Notes: generated from the letters alone by a model not told the origin. DNA of 63,148 bases, filler included, from Cercozoa sp. M6MM (GCA_040357565.1; 8 parts of 8 records of this genome joined end to end with filler, not necessarily neighbours in it), one strand, 5' to 3'; shown: positions 35,965 through 49,500, counted from the whole stretch's first letter. Program-made: numbers and translations.

Positions 35965-38535
35965 CCGCATGCGGTGAATGTTCTCGATATTCAAGAAGCA
36001 CACCTGAGAGTAAAGACGTAAAGGGTACAGGAGATACAGCAACAAGGGGGGTTAAGGGGTAATGGGTTAAAGGGTCAGGGGTTAGGTGGTGAGGGGTTCA
36101 GGGGTGAGGGGTCAAGGGGTAAGGGATTAAGGGATAAGGGGTTAAGGGGTAGCCTACAGTAGTGTTGCGATAGAACTCGGTCTTCTCGTAGCCAGCGCCG
36201 GCGACGCGATTGCCGACGGCGTTGATCTTGGGTCGCGCGTCCAGCACGTATAGATGGCGATGACAGTCGTTGAGTCGACGGATCTACGTGTGTCCGCGTG
36301 GATACACCCAACTAAAAGTGTATGACTGTCTACCAGATCAAGCAGCTGCTCGTCGGCAGGACTGCGAGTGGCATTGATACCGACCTGTAGCCACCCAAAT
36401 ACGCCAACATCAACACACTCAAGAAATCATAGCACCTGCGGCTGCGAGCAGCGCCACAGACCGGCTGAGCACTCCGGGTGCTTCCTGAAGCAACCAAACC
36501 GTCCTTTAATAGTGCGTCAGGCAAAACAATCACACCATGTCAGCACAGGAATGCGTCCGCGTCGACGGAAAACGGCCACACGTCGGAGGTCTAACAAAAC
36601 AGCCACAAATGACACTATCTAACAGACACAGTCACCAGACAGAAAGCTACCATTGTCAGTGAACTCCTGCGGCACCGCCAGCAACTGTTGCAATAAAACA
36701 AATTAAATTAAAATTAAAATGGTCATGTCACCCCGCAAAAAAAAAGACCAATGGATGCTAACTCACCTTGGGATAAGAAGGACAGATGCTAAAGTCCTCG
36801 TTGACACGCGAGATACGGTACTCCGGCCCCGGCAGTTGCTAAAAAACCTCACGAGTTAAAAGGCTGACTACAGCGCTGGTTGACAACAAAGGAAAAAGCA
36901 CCTGACGCGCAAATTCTTTCTCGGGGTCGTAAATGTTCCAGCCGTCGAATTCGCCTCCATTGCCTACGGATATTGCAGGATAGACTTTCGGTTTGTAGAG
37001 ATAGAGTTGATACAAGAAAGGTACCACCGATACAGCCCTCTTGCGACAAGTGACGGTGCAGGGAGAAGGCGAACACGTGCTCAATACCGTCACTGCCGGT
37101 GCCGCTGCCGTGCGGCACTTCCTCTTGCTCCTGCTTCTGCTTCTTCTTCTTCTTCTTGCGTCGCTTGGCCTGTGAAACAAAAGGGAACATACGTATCAAG
37201 GGGTGGGGTGGAGTGGGGGTAGGTGATAAAGTACCAATGGATCCTCCAGATCGTCATGCGAGTCGCACGGAAACGCCAGTCGATGGAGTAGGACTACAGG
37301 TCACATACCGTCTATTTGTCCAGAATATCTTGACAGGCGGTACAAACGGACCAGCAGCACGATCACGCACGGATGAGCCGCGTCGCGCCGTCGTGAACAA
37401 CACGCGCAACTCACGCATGTCGCGCGTGTGGATCTGGGGACAAAAGGGGGTAAATGCAGGGCAAAAGGGTAAATGCAGGGGTTGAGGGAGGGGGGGGGGG
37501 GGTAAAAGTACAATGAAGCCGACATTGGAGCACGGGCGCCACGAGAACACACTCGACTCGAGAGCACTCGCGTGCGGCGACTCCTCCTGCTCCGTCTCGT
37601 CCAACGTCATGTTGGTTTCGCTCTCGTACCTGGGATAGGGAGGGATTCAAGGGGAGGCCTCGGTGGGGCAAACATGAGGGGAAGGCATGGTACATGTACT
37701 GATCGTTGGCGTCGCCGAAGCACTGGATACGCGTGATCTGGCCGAGTGGCACATCTAACAGTTTCGCATAAACCGGCAGCGGCGCCACAGGCTCGAATCG
37801 CACGCGATAGCTATGGGGAAACCGGGGTCAAGGAACAAAATTAGTAAAGGGGTAAAGCTTTAACTTACTTGGTGCCAACCAGCTTGCCCGGGATGAACAG
37901 GTTGAGTGCAGGGTCGTGCCACTGCACGGCGAACTTCATCTGCAGCGTCTCGCCCGGTTGTGCGCCTACAGCAGGGGTAAAGGGAGGGTTGAAGGGAGGG
38001 CCAAAGGAGGGTAACAGAAAGAACAAAGCACCAGCACTGTCGACAGGCGGTGATGGATCGCATTTCGCGTCCTCCTGTGACAGAACCTCGGTGAGTGACT
38101 GCTGCACTGGCTTTGACTGCTCCTGCGCCTGTGTGCAACCCAGATGAGAAAGGCAGAGGCACCCGTCAACAAGCATACCAGTTGTTTCGCGCGTTGCAGT
38201 TCTTTTTCTTGTCGTTTCTGACGCTGTTGCTGCTGACTGTGGACAGACAAATTAAAGATACCATATTCACCTTAGAAACAAAAACGAAAACAAAAAAAAA
38301 AACTGATCTACATCGCATGGCGCTGCTCGCGCTTCTGGTGCAGCTCTTGGGTGGCACTCCGAGCGCTGTGTGTGCGTCGAGCGAACTTTTCGAGCTCATC
38401 GCGAACCGATCCGCCACCTGATCGCGCCTCTACCGACACAGAAAAAGCGTTTGCAGATCCACCAAGTGACCCATAAAAGAAGAACACATGAACACCGTGC
38501 TCTGCGGCAAAGGTGCCCAGCGGATCGTCCTCCAT
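35965..38535 (-). CDS. Myotubularin-family phosphoinositide phosphatase (PH-GRAM + PTP N-terminal part), 3' partial
   Basis: DGWNIYDPEKEFARQ; YRISRVNEDFSICPSYP; AFRRRGRIP; LWRCSQPQV; RSPADEQLL; LYVLDARPKINAVGNRVAGAGYE; FLNIENIHRMR. The catalytic CX5R lies beyond the spacer. Confidence 0.93.
36040..36152. repeat. Intronic degenerate G-tract array (GGGGTTAA/GGGGTAA-like; C-rich on the sense strand)
   Basis: About 15 G3-G6 runs with short TA-rich spacers inside a myotubularin intron. Confidence 0.85.
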
Positions 38536-38694
38536 CACACTGTGTACTTTCGACCAGCAGGCTCTACACACCGCACAAAATAAACGAGTTAGGGTGCTGC
38601 TGTAAAATCGTTAAGGCTGCATACAAAATAATGCCAACGGCCTGCCGTGCTGCAAGTGCTTCCCCGAGTGTGCACACTGTATTTCTAGTGCAGT

Positions 38695-39558
38695 ATGCTG
38701 TCTGCCGGTCGTCGGAGTGTGGCGCGTGTGCTGCAGCTGCAGGTCCGGGCGCTTGGCGTGGCCAAGGAGGTGCTGGGCGTGCCGCCCAGCCAAAAGAAGT
38801 CCAAGTTCGCACCCAATGATGAGTCTGGTACAAATTTAACTTGGCACAGCTTTGATTGACCACATAACCTCGATTGAATTGCTTTTTTGGATTTGTGTGT
38901 TTGTGCTGGCAGACTACACGGTGTGGACTGAGGCCAACCCGAACTTCAAGGTCTCCACGATGATGACGGGCATGGAGGTTGTGCCCTTCTGCCGCGACGT
39001 AACGTGTTTTAATCTCGTTTTCTTGATAAGGAAAGATATATGTGTTGTCGCAGGTGCTGTTGGAGGCGTACCAGGCCACGCTGAAGCTCCTTGCTAAGCT
39101 GCCCGAGTCAGGGTGTGTCTTTCTCTTATTTATGCATTGTGCATTGTGCATTGTGCATTCAGCATATGGCTGTGTCTGGCGCAGTTACCGACGACGCACG
39201 GAGCAGCTGACGGCGGCACGCATGGCAATCTGTCTCGTCACTGAGAATGACAAGGTGTGTCTGTTCTCTCAGTGTCAGTGTGCAGGTGTGTGTGCCAAAG
39301 GTGTGTTATCGCTGCACGTCTGTGCTTGTGTTGTGCAGGAAATTGAGCGCGCAGTGGACGCTGGTATCATCGAGGAACTGCTGGAGCAGGCTCACGATGA
39401 GCATCAGTTGGCACTCTACATGCAGACACAGTTTGAGCGTAGCTTCTTTTTGAGAGTGGCAGGGAGTGTGCTGTTTTATCTTGGTGTTGCAGGACGCACG
39501 GATCCGTCGGTGACGCAGAACCCGACGCTCTTCGTGTCGCGTCAGGTGTCTCTCTTTT

Positions 39559-39613
<55 letters not shown>

Positions 39614-40230
39614 TTATATTTATATTTATATATTATTATGTATATCTATCAATATATGTATGGATATTTCTGTACTCAGGGCAAGAACGACACAGACGTG
39701 GCGCCATTCGACGAGGCCTTCCAGTCGCAGCAGGTCGACTGGCAGCGCGAACTTGAGTATATTATACACGCACACATATCCTGTCATGTTAACTTGAACT
39801 ACGCCCGGTGTACAGACTCAACGACGCGCAGACCAACATGCCATCGGTCGAGGAGGTAACCACTGCTTCCCAGAGTACAAGCGCTATAGTATGTGTTGTC
39901 TGTGCAGGTTTTACAGGAGTACTCGACGCTGGAGACGCCGACGAAGCGCATGATGCGTGGTACGTTGTGTGCTAACTGGTTGCTTGTACTTTGACCCTTC
40001 CTTGTACTGTGTGCGTCACCGCAGAGTACCGCGTGCTCAACGGCTACGAGGAGCACGAGATCGTCAACTGGTGGGAGATGGACCACGAGTGGCGCACGGC
40101 GTGGTACCAGCGCCGCTTTGCCGACAACTTCAAGTCGGTACGCACTCCTTCCCCTCTCACAAAGATCGACCCTTCAATTCTCTGTGTTGTTCAGGTGCCG
40201 CGTGTGGCCGATATCTACGAGCCTTCTTAA
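38695..40230 (+). CDS. NDUFA5: Complex I accessory subunit NDUFA5 (B13) with about 120-aa C-terminal extension
   Basis: Presequence MLSAGRRSVARVLQ; KVSTMMTGMEVVPFCRD|VLLEAYQATLKLLAKLPESG|YRRRTEQLTAARM..EIERAVDAGIIEELLEQAHDEHQLALYM; all introns phase-consistent to TAA 40228-40230. Confidence 0.88.
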
Positions 40231-40526
40231 TCATCTCCTGTACTGGGCGACAAGTTGGACACACGCCGCTTGCCAGTGTGTCGCGCGTGTGTCTTTCCGT
40301 CGCTACTAGTTTCTCTTTTCATTTTCAAAGGTCGAATTGGAACGATATTGAACGAAAACGGACCGAGAAAGCCGAAACAAAGAAAGATAATGATACTGTA
40401 CGAAACGATTCAGTTTCGTTTCCTCTCCGTGCGAAAATACGATTATTTAAGTGGACGATATCTGTCCATTTAGAGCTTCTGCAGACGGTTCGGTGTATGT
40501 ACGCGTGATAACATTTAGCTTTAGCT

Positions 40527-41912
40527 ATGCTTCGGGTGTTGATCCTGCTGCTAGCGACAGTAGGTACAGCAAGACCTAATTAGCTTTTCAAAAGCCTACG
40601 GGCTTATGGACATATGCATGTGTGTGTTAATTCTTAATTAGTGTGTCCAGGGATTGTCAGAGGCGATATAGAGAAAGAAGAGACTGACGTCCTGAATGAA
40701 GCGTTCGATCTGTTGGATGAGGTGCTTTTTGCATGTGTTGGGTGTTTTCCTTGTACGTGAGGTGTGTTTGCAGGCATTCGCGGCGCGGTTAGGCGAAGGT
40801 GCGCCACAGGACGCCGATCGCGCGATTGAGCTGGCCTTGCAGGTGCCAAAAGTCCAAGCAACCTTGTATCTTTGATACGTGGGTGTCTGCAGTCGGTCGA
40901 GAAAGGAGTGGTGGAGGGAAACGCTGTCGTGGGCGATGTATGGTTACACGGAGTGGCTGGTCATGCCGTTGACTACGCCAAGGCGCGGGAATTCTACCAG
41001 TTGGGTATGTTTCTTGCTGTTTTACCCCCTTACCCTTTACGCCCCCCCCCCCCCCGTGCAGGAGCCGATGCAGGCGACCCGCGTAGTCAGTACAATCTTG
41101 GACTGATGTACGCTACAGGAGCAGGTGTACCGCAGGTGTGTCTGCTTGTACACAGGGGTGTACAGACAGGGTGTCATGTGAAGGCATTACAGGACAATGC
41201 GCGTGCCGTGCTACTGACCTACCTGGCAGCCACAGGTGACTACACACCGGCCGTCATGGCGCTCGCCTTTCGACACCTGCATGTGAGTCGCGGATTTACC
41301 TCCCCTCCCCCCTCACATTCCCTTACTCCCTTACCCCCTACCCCTTTACCCCCCTCACACTCCCTTACTCCCTTACCCCCTCCTATCCTCTTTACCCCCT
41401 GCTGTGTACACAGGGCAACGGAGTGCCGCACAGTTGCGACACGGCGGCCATGTACTACGAAAAGGTGGCGCGCCGCGTCGCTGACGAGTTCGCACAAGGA
41501 CACCTCCAGGTACACATGGACTGGTCCATATGGACCGACTGGATTGGTTCGAATGGACCTGTATGTGGACAGGGTGGAGCGCCGGAGGAGGCGCTGTTGC
41601 GCGACGCTGGTGTGCGACACGCCGGCGTTGACGACACTGCCGACGCCGACGACGACGTAGGTAGCGAGTTTTCCCCCCCCCCCCCTCCACGTGCAATTTA
41701 CCCCCTTGTACCCTCACCCCGCAGTGGCTTGGTGGCAAGAGCGAGCCGAGGCAGGACATCCGGATGCACAGGTACAGTACACACACAGTACTACCTAGGG
41801 TAGTAGTACCTAGCGAACTACCTGGTCCATGTGTGTCTGCAGGTACTGTTGGGTCAACTGCATCAGCACGGACTGCATGGCGTGCAACCTGACGCCGAAG
41901 CTGCTGTGTGGG
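40527..41912 (+). CDS. SEL1L/Hrd3-like Sel1-repeat ERAD protein, 3' partial
   Basis: Signal peptide MLRVLILLLATVVCPGIVRG; SLR repeats VDYAKAREFYQLGADAGDPRSQYNLGLMYATGAGVPQ|DNARAVL..AVMALAFRHLH|GNGVPHSCDTAAMYYEKVA. Confidence 0.85.
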
Positions 41913-42059
41913 NNNNNNNNNNNNNNNNNNNNNNNNNNNNNNNNNNNNNNNNNNNNTTAATTAATTAANNNNNNNNNNNNNNNNNNNNNNNNNNNNNNNN
42001 NNNNNNNNNNNNAGCAAGGAGGTAAACAGGGAGGTAAACAGGGGGGTAAACAGGGGGGT

Positions 42060-44573
42060 AAACCTGCTGCGGCGTCATTTTGTCGGCGTTGCGACGACGC
42101 TGCGGCATCTGCGGCATTTTTGGCGTGCCTGGGGGGTGACCCGCCCCCCCCCCCCCCCCCAACAGGGGGGTAAAAGCACACCCTGCAGCGCCGAGGCGGC
42201 GTTGAGCGAGCGGCGGCGCGAGCGAGCGGCGGCGAAGGACGGTGCCGCCTGCACCGTCGCACTGTCCGACACGAGTGCGCCCAAGTCGCCACGTGCGCCC
42301 TCACTGGGGCCATTGATCCCACTGACGGTGCCATTGATCCCACTGGTGGTACCACTGGCACCGTCTGTGGCATCACGCAGCACCGGTCGACGTGGCGCTT
42401 TCTTCTGCCGTCGCACCAGACTCGACACTGACTCCTGTGGAGGGGGTAGGGGTATACAGGGGGAGGTATACAGGGGGGAGGTATACAGGGGGTACAGGGG
42501 GGGGAAAAACACTACCTGCGCCGCCAGCGAGCAGGCAGCGGCGACGCGCGTCCACTGCGCCGCCGTCAGCAGACAGGTCTCCTGCGCCGACGACGTCCTG
42601 TGTCCATGTTGCTGTCCGTGCTGTCCGTGCTGTCCATGTTGCTGGTACTGCTGCTGCGCACTCTCTGGCTGCACGCCTGTCCTCGAGGGTAGGGCGGAGG
42701 CGGGGGGTAAAAGGTAGGGTTTAAGGGGGGATAAACAGGGGGATAAACAGGGGGGTAGAACACGCACCACACGCAGACAGGTCGGCGCAGAGCACGAGCG
42801 TCGCCACGGAACGAACGGCGTCGTCGAAGAAGAGCTGCAGCGCCTGCGTCAGTTTCGACTCGCGGTACGGAACCCTGCTGTCCGTCTCGGTGGTACCACT
42901 TGTGCCACCGGTGGTACCACTTGTGCCACTGATACCACTGATACCACTGGTGTTACAAGAGGTACCACCAGTGGCAAGACAGCGCAGCACGTGCTGCAGT
43001 CGCAGTCGCCGCTGCTGCTGCCGTCGTCGCCGCAGACACGACACCAGGTGCGTCGCCGACCAGTCGAAACGGCCCTGCGCCGACGCGCCCGACACGCGCA
43101 CCAGCACTCTTAAATAGGGGGGACAAACGGGGGAGGGTAAATAGGGGGTATATAGGGGGTAAATAAGGGGTATATAGGGAGGAAAACAGGGGGTAAATTG
43201 GGGGTTAACAGGGGGGTAAACAGGGGGGGGGGGGTAAAACTACAGCTGCGGCGCCGTGGCAGGCGGTCGGTCGTGGTGGCCGAAGCGAAGGAAAACGGCG
43301 ACGCTGGAGGCGCGGCGGCAGTGCGCCAGCAGCACGCGCAGCCACGAGGCGTTGTTGCGTGTGACACGTGCCACTCGCAGCGCGCCCAGGTGCCGCACCT
43401 TGCCGCTGCCGCTGCTGTTGTTTCTCCTGTCCGCGCGGCTGCTGGCTTCCGTGCTGTCGAACGACACCGAGTGCAGCGCATCGAACTGCGACTCGGAACG
43501 ACTCTCTGTCTGCGGGGTGGGGTCAGAATAACAGGGGTCAAAAAGTAAGGGTAGGGGGTAAGAGGGGTACAGGTAGAGGATAAGAGGGAAGTAAAGGGTG
43601 GGGGTAAGCTGGGGGGAGGCAAGGAAATACATGTATCTCAAGTGCCGACACGTAGAGGTCGCGATCGGCAGCACTGTGCAGAGAGAGCACGCGCTGCAGC
43701 AGGTCGGCGACGGCCGTGTCTCCGACGCGACCGGCCACGGCGACGCAGTGCGGCACGGCCTCGTCGCGCAGAGGTCCGGCAGGCGGCAACAACAGGTCCT
43801 CGGCCAGAGGCACTGGAGGGGGTGTTGCCTTGCTATGGCTACTGCCCTGCTGGCTACTGCCCTGCTGGCTACAGTCCTGCTGGCTACAGTCCTCGCTACT
43901 GACCTGCTGGCTACAGTCCTGCTGGTTACAGTCCCGGTCCAGCAGGTGGCTACAGTCCTGCTGGCTACAGTCCTCCGAGTGCTGCTCCAGCACGGCCAGA
44001 CTTTGTCCGCGCTGCGACAGTGTCACGCCGAAGCGCTGCCGACACCGCTGCTGCAGCGTGCTCAGACTGTCCGCGCTGACCGTCGAGTGCCGACGTCCGC
44101 GCGGACCGGCTGACCCGTGCTGTTCCGCCGGGTGCTGCCGCAACGCCAGCAGTGCACGCACCGGCGACTCGGCGTCCCACTTGACCTGCACCGTTGTTGT
44201 TGTTGTTGTTGTTGCCGCAGTTGTTGTCGTCGTTGCTGCAGTTGCTGCAGTTGTTGCAGATGCTGTTGTTGCTGCTGCAGTGGCACGTGCTTTCGCCGGT
44301 GACTTTGACGGTGACTTTGACGGTGTCTTGCTCACCGAACCGGCATCCTGCTGCTGCTGCTGCTCCGCCTGACTCGGCACTGCTACTGCCTCGGGCGGCA
44401 CCGGCACCGAACTGCGCGACCGCGATCGTGAACGACTCTTCCGACGACCGGCAAAAAACGGCGTCAGCTCGCTGCACAACACCACCATTCACCCTCCGAA
44501 CACACATCAAAACAACCAAAAAAACGCGAGCCGAGTGGCCATACCCGTCGCCAGCCCCGACGATTGAGTCCAT
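42060..44573 (-). CDS. Highly divergent kinesin-like protein lacking recognisable P-loop and switch motifs, 3' partial
   Basis: Retains LYVSALEI and RVPYRESKLTQALQLFF..ATLVLC in kinesin order; the P-loop position reads VAGRVGDTA. Confidence 0.6.
43845..43975 (-). repeat. 15-bp coding tandem repeat encoding QQDCS/QQGSS
   Basis: CTGCTGGCTACAGTC-like units on the plus strand; translated as EDCSQQDCS..QQDCSQQGSSQQGSS. Confidence 0.85.
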
Positions 44574-44786
44574 ATGGTGATCACAATTGCCGATCCTGTT
44601 AACTCTAGTGTAGTTTCATAAAGTCCTGCAGCCGTGTGCACACGTGATTAGACCAACTAGTGCAACGCTCTGCTTTTTTTTAGATTTGCCGTTGAACCGG
44701 AGCGCTGATGGCGATTTTCGCGCTCAAGGGTCCTAAGTCTCTGTGCCAAGCTACCAGTCGAACGGCGCCATCGTAATCGCTGCAGC

Positions 44787-45902
44787 ATGCGAGTCGTCGA
44801 CGCCGGTAAGTGGCTTTCTTTTTCGCTAGACTGGTCAGTTTAGCACCTGCAAAATATTAGAGAATTTCACATCTGTTCCAGAGACGATGCTGCCGCCCGC
44901 CCGACGCCAGCTGCGTCTGGATGGCTTGCGAGCGCTGGGTAGCTTCTCTAACAACTGATCGGTTAAATCATTCCATGAGTTTCTTTTGCCACAGGCGGCA
45001 TTGACGCCGACTGCTCCGACGTCGCTGTCGCTGGAGCACGCTTGTATCTGCTGCATGGTCCGCACCGTTTGCGCAGCATCGACCTTCGTGCCCTCGCACT
45101 GTCTTCGCCAGGTAGCAGTTGTGTACTTCCCTGTATGTTATCTGTTGGACTAGTTGGACTGGCTGGACTGGTAGAGTCGGACAGGGAGTCGCTGGTGTCC
45201 TACCTGAGGATTGTGGGCGCCGAGTTGCCGCACCGAGCCGATACTATCGAGGTAGCACCTTGCAGTTGTCCCCTCCTCCTGTTCGACCAAGACAAGTCTG
45301 TGTGAGTGCAGGTGTCAGACGATGGCAGCGCACTGCTCGTCATGGCACGTGCCACACAGCAGTGCACTCTGGTAGATCCGACTGATATACACTGCTGTGC
45401 TGTGCTACTAACAGATGCCACTGTGCTGGATGTGTGTGTGTGCTGCAGGTGCATCTGCCGCGACACTGGCCGACAGGTGCGCCAGCCACTGCGCGTGCCG
45501 TCGCTCTGCCTGCGGTAGCGTTAGTCTTTACTCCGAGTCTCAATCCCTTACGCCTATTCCCTGACACAGGGCGTACTGCACGCCTGCATGCTGCCGTACG
45601 CACCGCATTTAGTGCTCAGCGTGCACGCCGATCGCAGCGTGCGCGTGTGCGACTGCAGCACCGATGCCGCCGGTGTCATCGTCAGCGAGACTGTGCTGCC
45701 GGCGCAGGTGGCACGTGTCGACACCGTCGCCATGACGGGCGGCAGCTGGCGTTTCTGCGCCTTGCTCAGTGGCCTCACCGTTGACGGTGCCGCCTGCACC
45801 GTCGTGGCGACCCCTCTGCTTCCGCGCGGACTCTCGCTGACCCGGGGTGACCTGAACAACATCTGTCGTTTATTGGGTAGCTCCCTTGTTTGTGTATGTG
45901 TG

Positions 45903-45945
<43 letters not shown>

Positions 45946-46340
45946 ATGTGTGTGTGTAGAGGCACACAGCAGCAGCAGCGCCGACGTACTGCGTCGCTGC
46001 CTCAAGCCTGTCGGCGACAGTATCCGCGTGGACGCCATGCTGGCACCCTCTCTGTCGCTGCACCTGCTGCCGTCGCTGCGCCAGAGGGAGGACGGCCGGT
46101 GTGTCTCATCATGTCTGCATATATGCACATATTTATGCATGCTTGTGTGTGTGTACATGTGCATGTATGACTGTATGTGTGTGTGTGTGTGTGTGTGTGT
46201 GCAGAGGCAAGTGCCGCGTGGCGGCCACTGTGTTGCTGAGCGGCGAAACGTCGCTGCTGCTGCGACTCTGGAGCGACGGCGCTCTCGACATTGTGCTGCT
46301 GCTTGGACAGCCCTCTCTCGTAGTGCTAGCTTCCACATAG
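44787..46340 (+). CDS. Beta-propeller protein, possibly Nup88/Nup82-like, 3' partial
   Basis: VSDDGSALLVM..VHLPRHW..GVLHACMLPYAPHLVLSVHADRSVRVCD resembles the Nup88 N-terminal pattern (WHP..HLVVLTSDN.IR); weak. Confidence 0.4.
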
Positions 46341-46451
46341 TCCCATCCTTTNNNNNNNNNNNNNNNNNNNNNNNNNNNNNNNNNNNNNNNNNNNNTTAAT
46401 TAATTAANNNNNNNNNNNNNNNNNNNNNNNNNNNNNNNNNNNNNNNNNNNN

Positions 46452-46499
<48 letters not shown>

Positions 46500-46512
46500 G
46501 GTATTCTATCAG

Positions 46513-49500
46513 GAAGAGGCTTGCTCCGTCATTGACTCCTGTTCCAAGTCGGACGTGAGCAGTCAAGAGGATGTACGCGAAGCTCTACAGGTGCTCGGCA
46601 AAGCACGCGGCAGTCGCACGCAACGACGACAAGAGCAACAACTCCGGCCTCAGCCGGAAGTGACAACGGCCACAGTTCCACAAATAGCGCAAGGAGGCGG
46701 GACTGCTGCAGGAACAACGACAAAAACAGGAACAACGGGAGCTGGAATCCGAGGAACAGGGTTAACAGGAAGAGGAGAAACCACGGGTGCCGACACTGGA
46801 CAGACTCGGACAAGAGGATTCAAAGGAGTCAGTTGGACACCCCACATACAAGTAATGCCCATGGTGCGCGTGGACACGTTGCTGGACCTGTCGCGTGTGA
46901 CCTCTGACATGCAACTGCGCGTGTTCACCGTGCTGTGTGCCGCTGTGCTCATGTCCAGCATGCTGTTCATGCAGCTTCGATGTTGGTACAATGTTCCACT
47001 GCACCATCAAATGGAACTTGAACCAAACTGTGTGGCTGTGCACGATTCGCAGTCGGCGGTGCACCAAGGTGCAAGCCTTCGTGCCAGTAAAACCAGAGCC
47101 TTGGGGTACCCGCGGTATCCTGCGCATCGGCGTTTGGCTGTTGGACGCGTGCGCCTTGGAACGCAGCGACTCTTCGTACCCTTTTCTTGCTCCTTTCGGT
47201 TGTCAGGAAGGTTATTGATATTGCAAATGTCTCGCAGATGGAGATGGACGCTGCATCGAGGAGTGCACAAAGAAACTGGCCTGTGCACGACTATCAAGCT
47301 TTGGCACTGTATCCTGCCTCACTGTGCACATGTGCAGTACTGTCTAAATATCGATTGCACAATGATGCCTCAGTTAATGGCGAGGGTGCCGCTGGAACAC
47401 TGCGTTCGATTGTGCGGCGGTCCTCGCACCTGCTGGAACCAGGTGAAGAATCGCCTCACACGGCATCGGCGGCGCTCGTTCATGTTGTGACAGAGAAACG
47501 GTATTGTGCTTACTCATCAGTAAAATCTCCTTGTGGCACTGTAAAAAATATGTGTTGACTGTGCGACACAGGTGTGCTGCAAAGGAACGTTCCGTATCAC
47601 GGCGGAAACGTCAGTACCTGCATGGTACGTCTACTCGCACATACACTGTTTATTTACAGAACACTTGTTGCTGTAAATTAGATGTCGGTCTGCTGAATCG
47701 CATCTCCGACCTGTGCGAGTACTCTCTCCATCGTATCTTGCATGTGAGTCCGTATGTAAATTTAACTACGTCTGAGTGGTACAACAGAGACCGAGACCAC
47801 ATAGTACCGCTTGTGTTGTCACACCGCACGGTGGCACACGGCGCTTGCGTCGTACTGGCCTGCACCGTCGACACCACCGTGAGACGGGCGCTCTTTGACC
47901 CCCCTCTGTTGCCGCCATTGGTAGTTTATACTTACAAGTCGTCGTAATTTTACCTCAACAGTGACAGCACACTACTTTTCTTGACTGTTGTGAATGTATC
48001 GAAGGATGCTCGAACTGAGATGGGCCAAAGACGCGCGCAGCACCGAGCGCTGCTGCTGCGCGATGTCGCATGTATTGTGGTATCACTTTTCTTTGTTCCT
48101 TGAACCACTGCCTGCTTTGGGATATTCCTGGTGTCCCCATAGTCGAGCTGCAACGAGCTTGGCGTCTTTGGCGGCGGCCGACTACGCTCTCGGTAGCTTG
48201 TGTCGCTTCGTGCAATCATTACTGTATCTATGTCCTCTATGCACCAGACACTTTGCGATAACGGAACACGGAGTGCCGCTGCTGATTGATGTGTCGTCGG
48301 TGCGAGACACTATTCGATTGATTGTGTGAATGCAAATTCCATTGTGGTTTGCGCAGCTCACGGTTCTACGTACGTGGCAGTACGGTTTCTTCGACGGTGC
48401 AGCTCGTAGTCTCCGTCAGCAGGGTACAGCTTGTGTCTGCAGCAGTTTTTTGTCGAGAAATGCTAAATTTAGTGATCGTTGGTTTAGGTCTCTTTTTCGT
48501 GCACGATGTGTGCCGACCGCCGTTCGAGACCACGCCGCTGAGGGACGCGGTGGAACTGTTCTACGCTGCGCCAGAGTCGCTTAGTGTTCACTTTGGCACT
48601 CAGGTAACAAACCAAAAAGACAATGGTTCGACGATCGTATAAGTGAGAGTTACACGTGCCATTGTCCAGGACATACCCAAGCTGATCCAAAGCAAACGAG
48701 GTGCGCCGGCCGATGTGCGACAGCATAACTTTGAGGTGGGGGTTACCAGTGTTAGTGTAACGCGCACTCAACTCTTCTGTATACCGGCGGTGACCCTCTA
48801 CAGGTGATATTGGCGAGGAATGCTGCCACGGCGAACGTCATGCGACTGGCCGACTCTTGGTACTGTCTATGCTCCTGTGTTGACCAATGGTCAGGGTGAC
48901 TGAGGCACACTGTGCAACTGGACAGGTTCTTGGGCATGCTGGCCTTTCAACTGGCGGCAGGTGGTGGCGCATTGGTGCCGTCGTTGCTGGTGGCCGATGC
49001 CATCTCGCAACGCCGGCAATCATCCATCCGCGAGCAGAGCGACCGTGACAACAGCAGTTCTGGTCACAACAGTGATCGCTGCAGTGACCACAGCAGTGAT
49101 CAGTACCTGGAGCGACAGGAGAGCGACAAGAGTGGCCACATGACCGATCATGCCTCGCTCACTCTCACGGGCGACACTGCCACTCGTACCGGCAGTGTCA
49201 AGGTCAGTCTTGGTGGTGGTACGGGCGTCACCTGGCGGCAACAAGTCGGACAGCAACTCCGCTCGCTGTTGCTGCGACGCCGCGCTGCCGCACAGCTGCG
49301 ACATCACCTGTACGAACTCTTCTACTCTGGTAGTATAGCACTATGTCGATGTACAGAATCGCCCTGTCGGTCAAGACCCTGCCAACAACGACACAGACAC
49401 CTCTGCTGTCACCGCAGGCAACACGGCCGACACCTCCGACTTCCGGGACATCCGAACCCTCTCTGGACGACTCTGCTTTCACCTCTCGTAGCATCAAGCT

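Noticed and set aside
43845-43975. CRISPR-like repeat array
   Set aside because: Contiguous 15-bp coding repeats without unique spacers; no cas genes; eukaryotic DNA.
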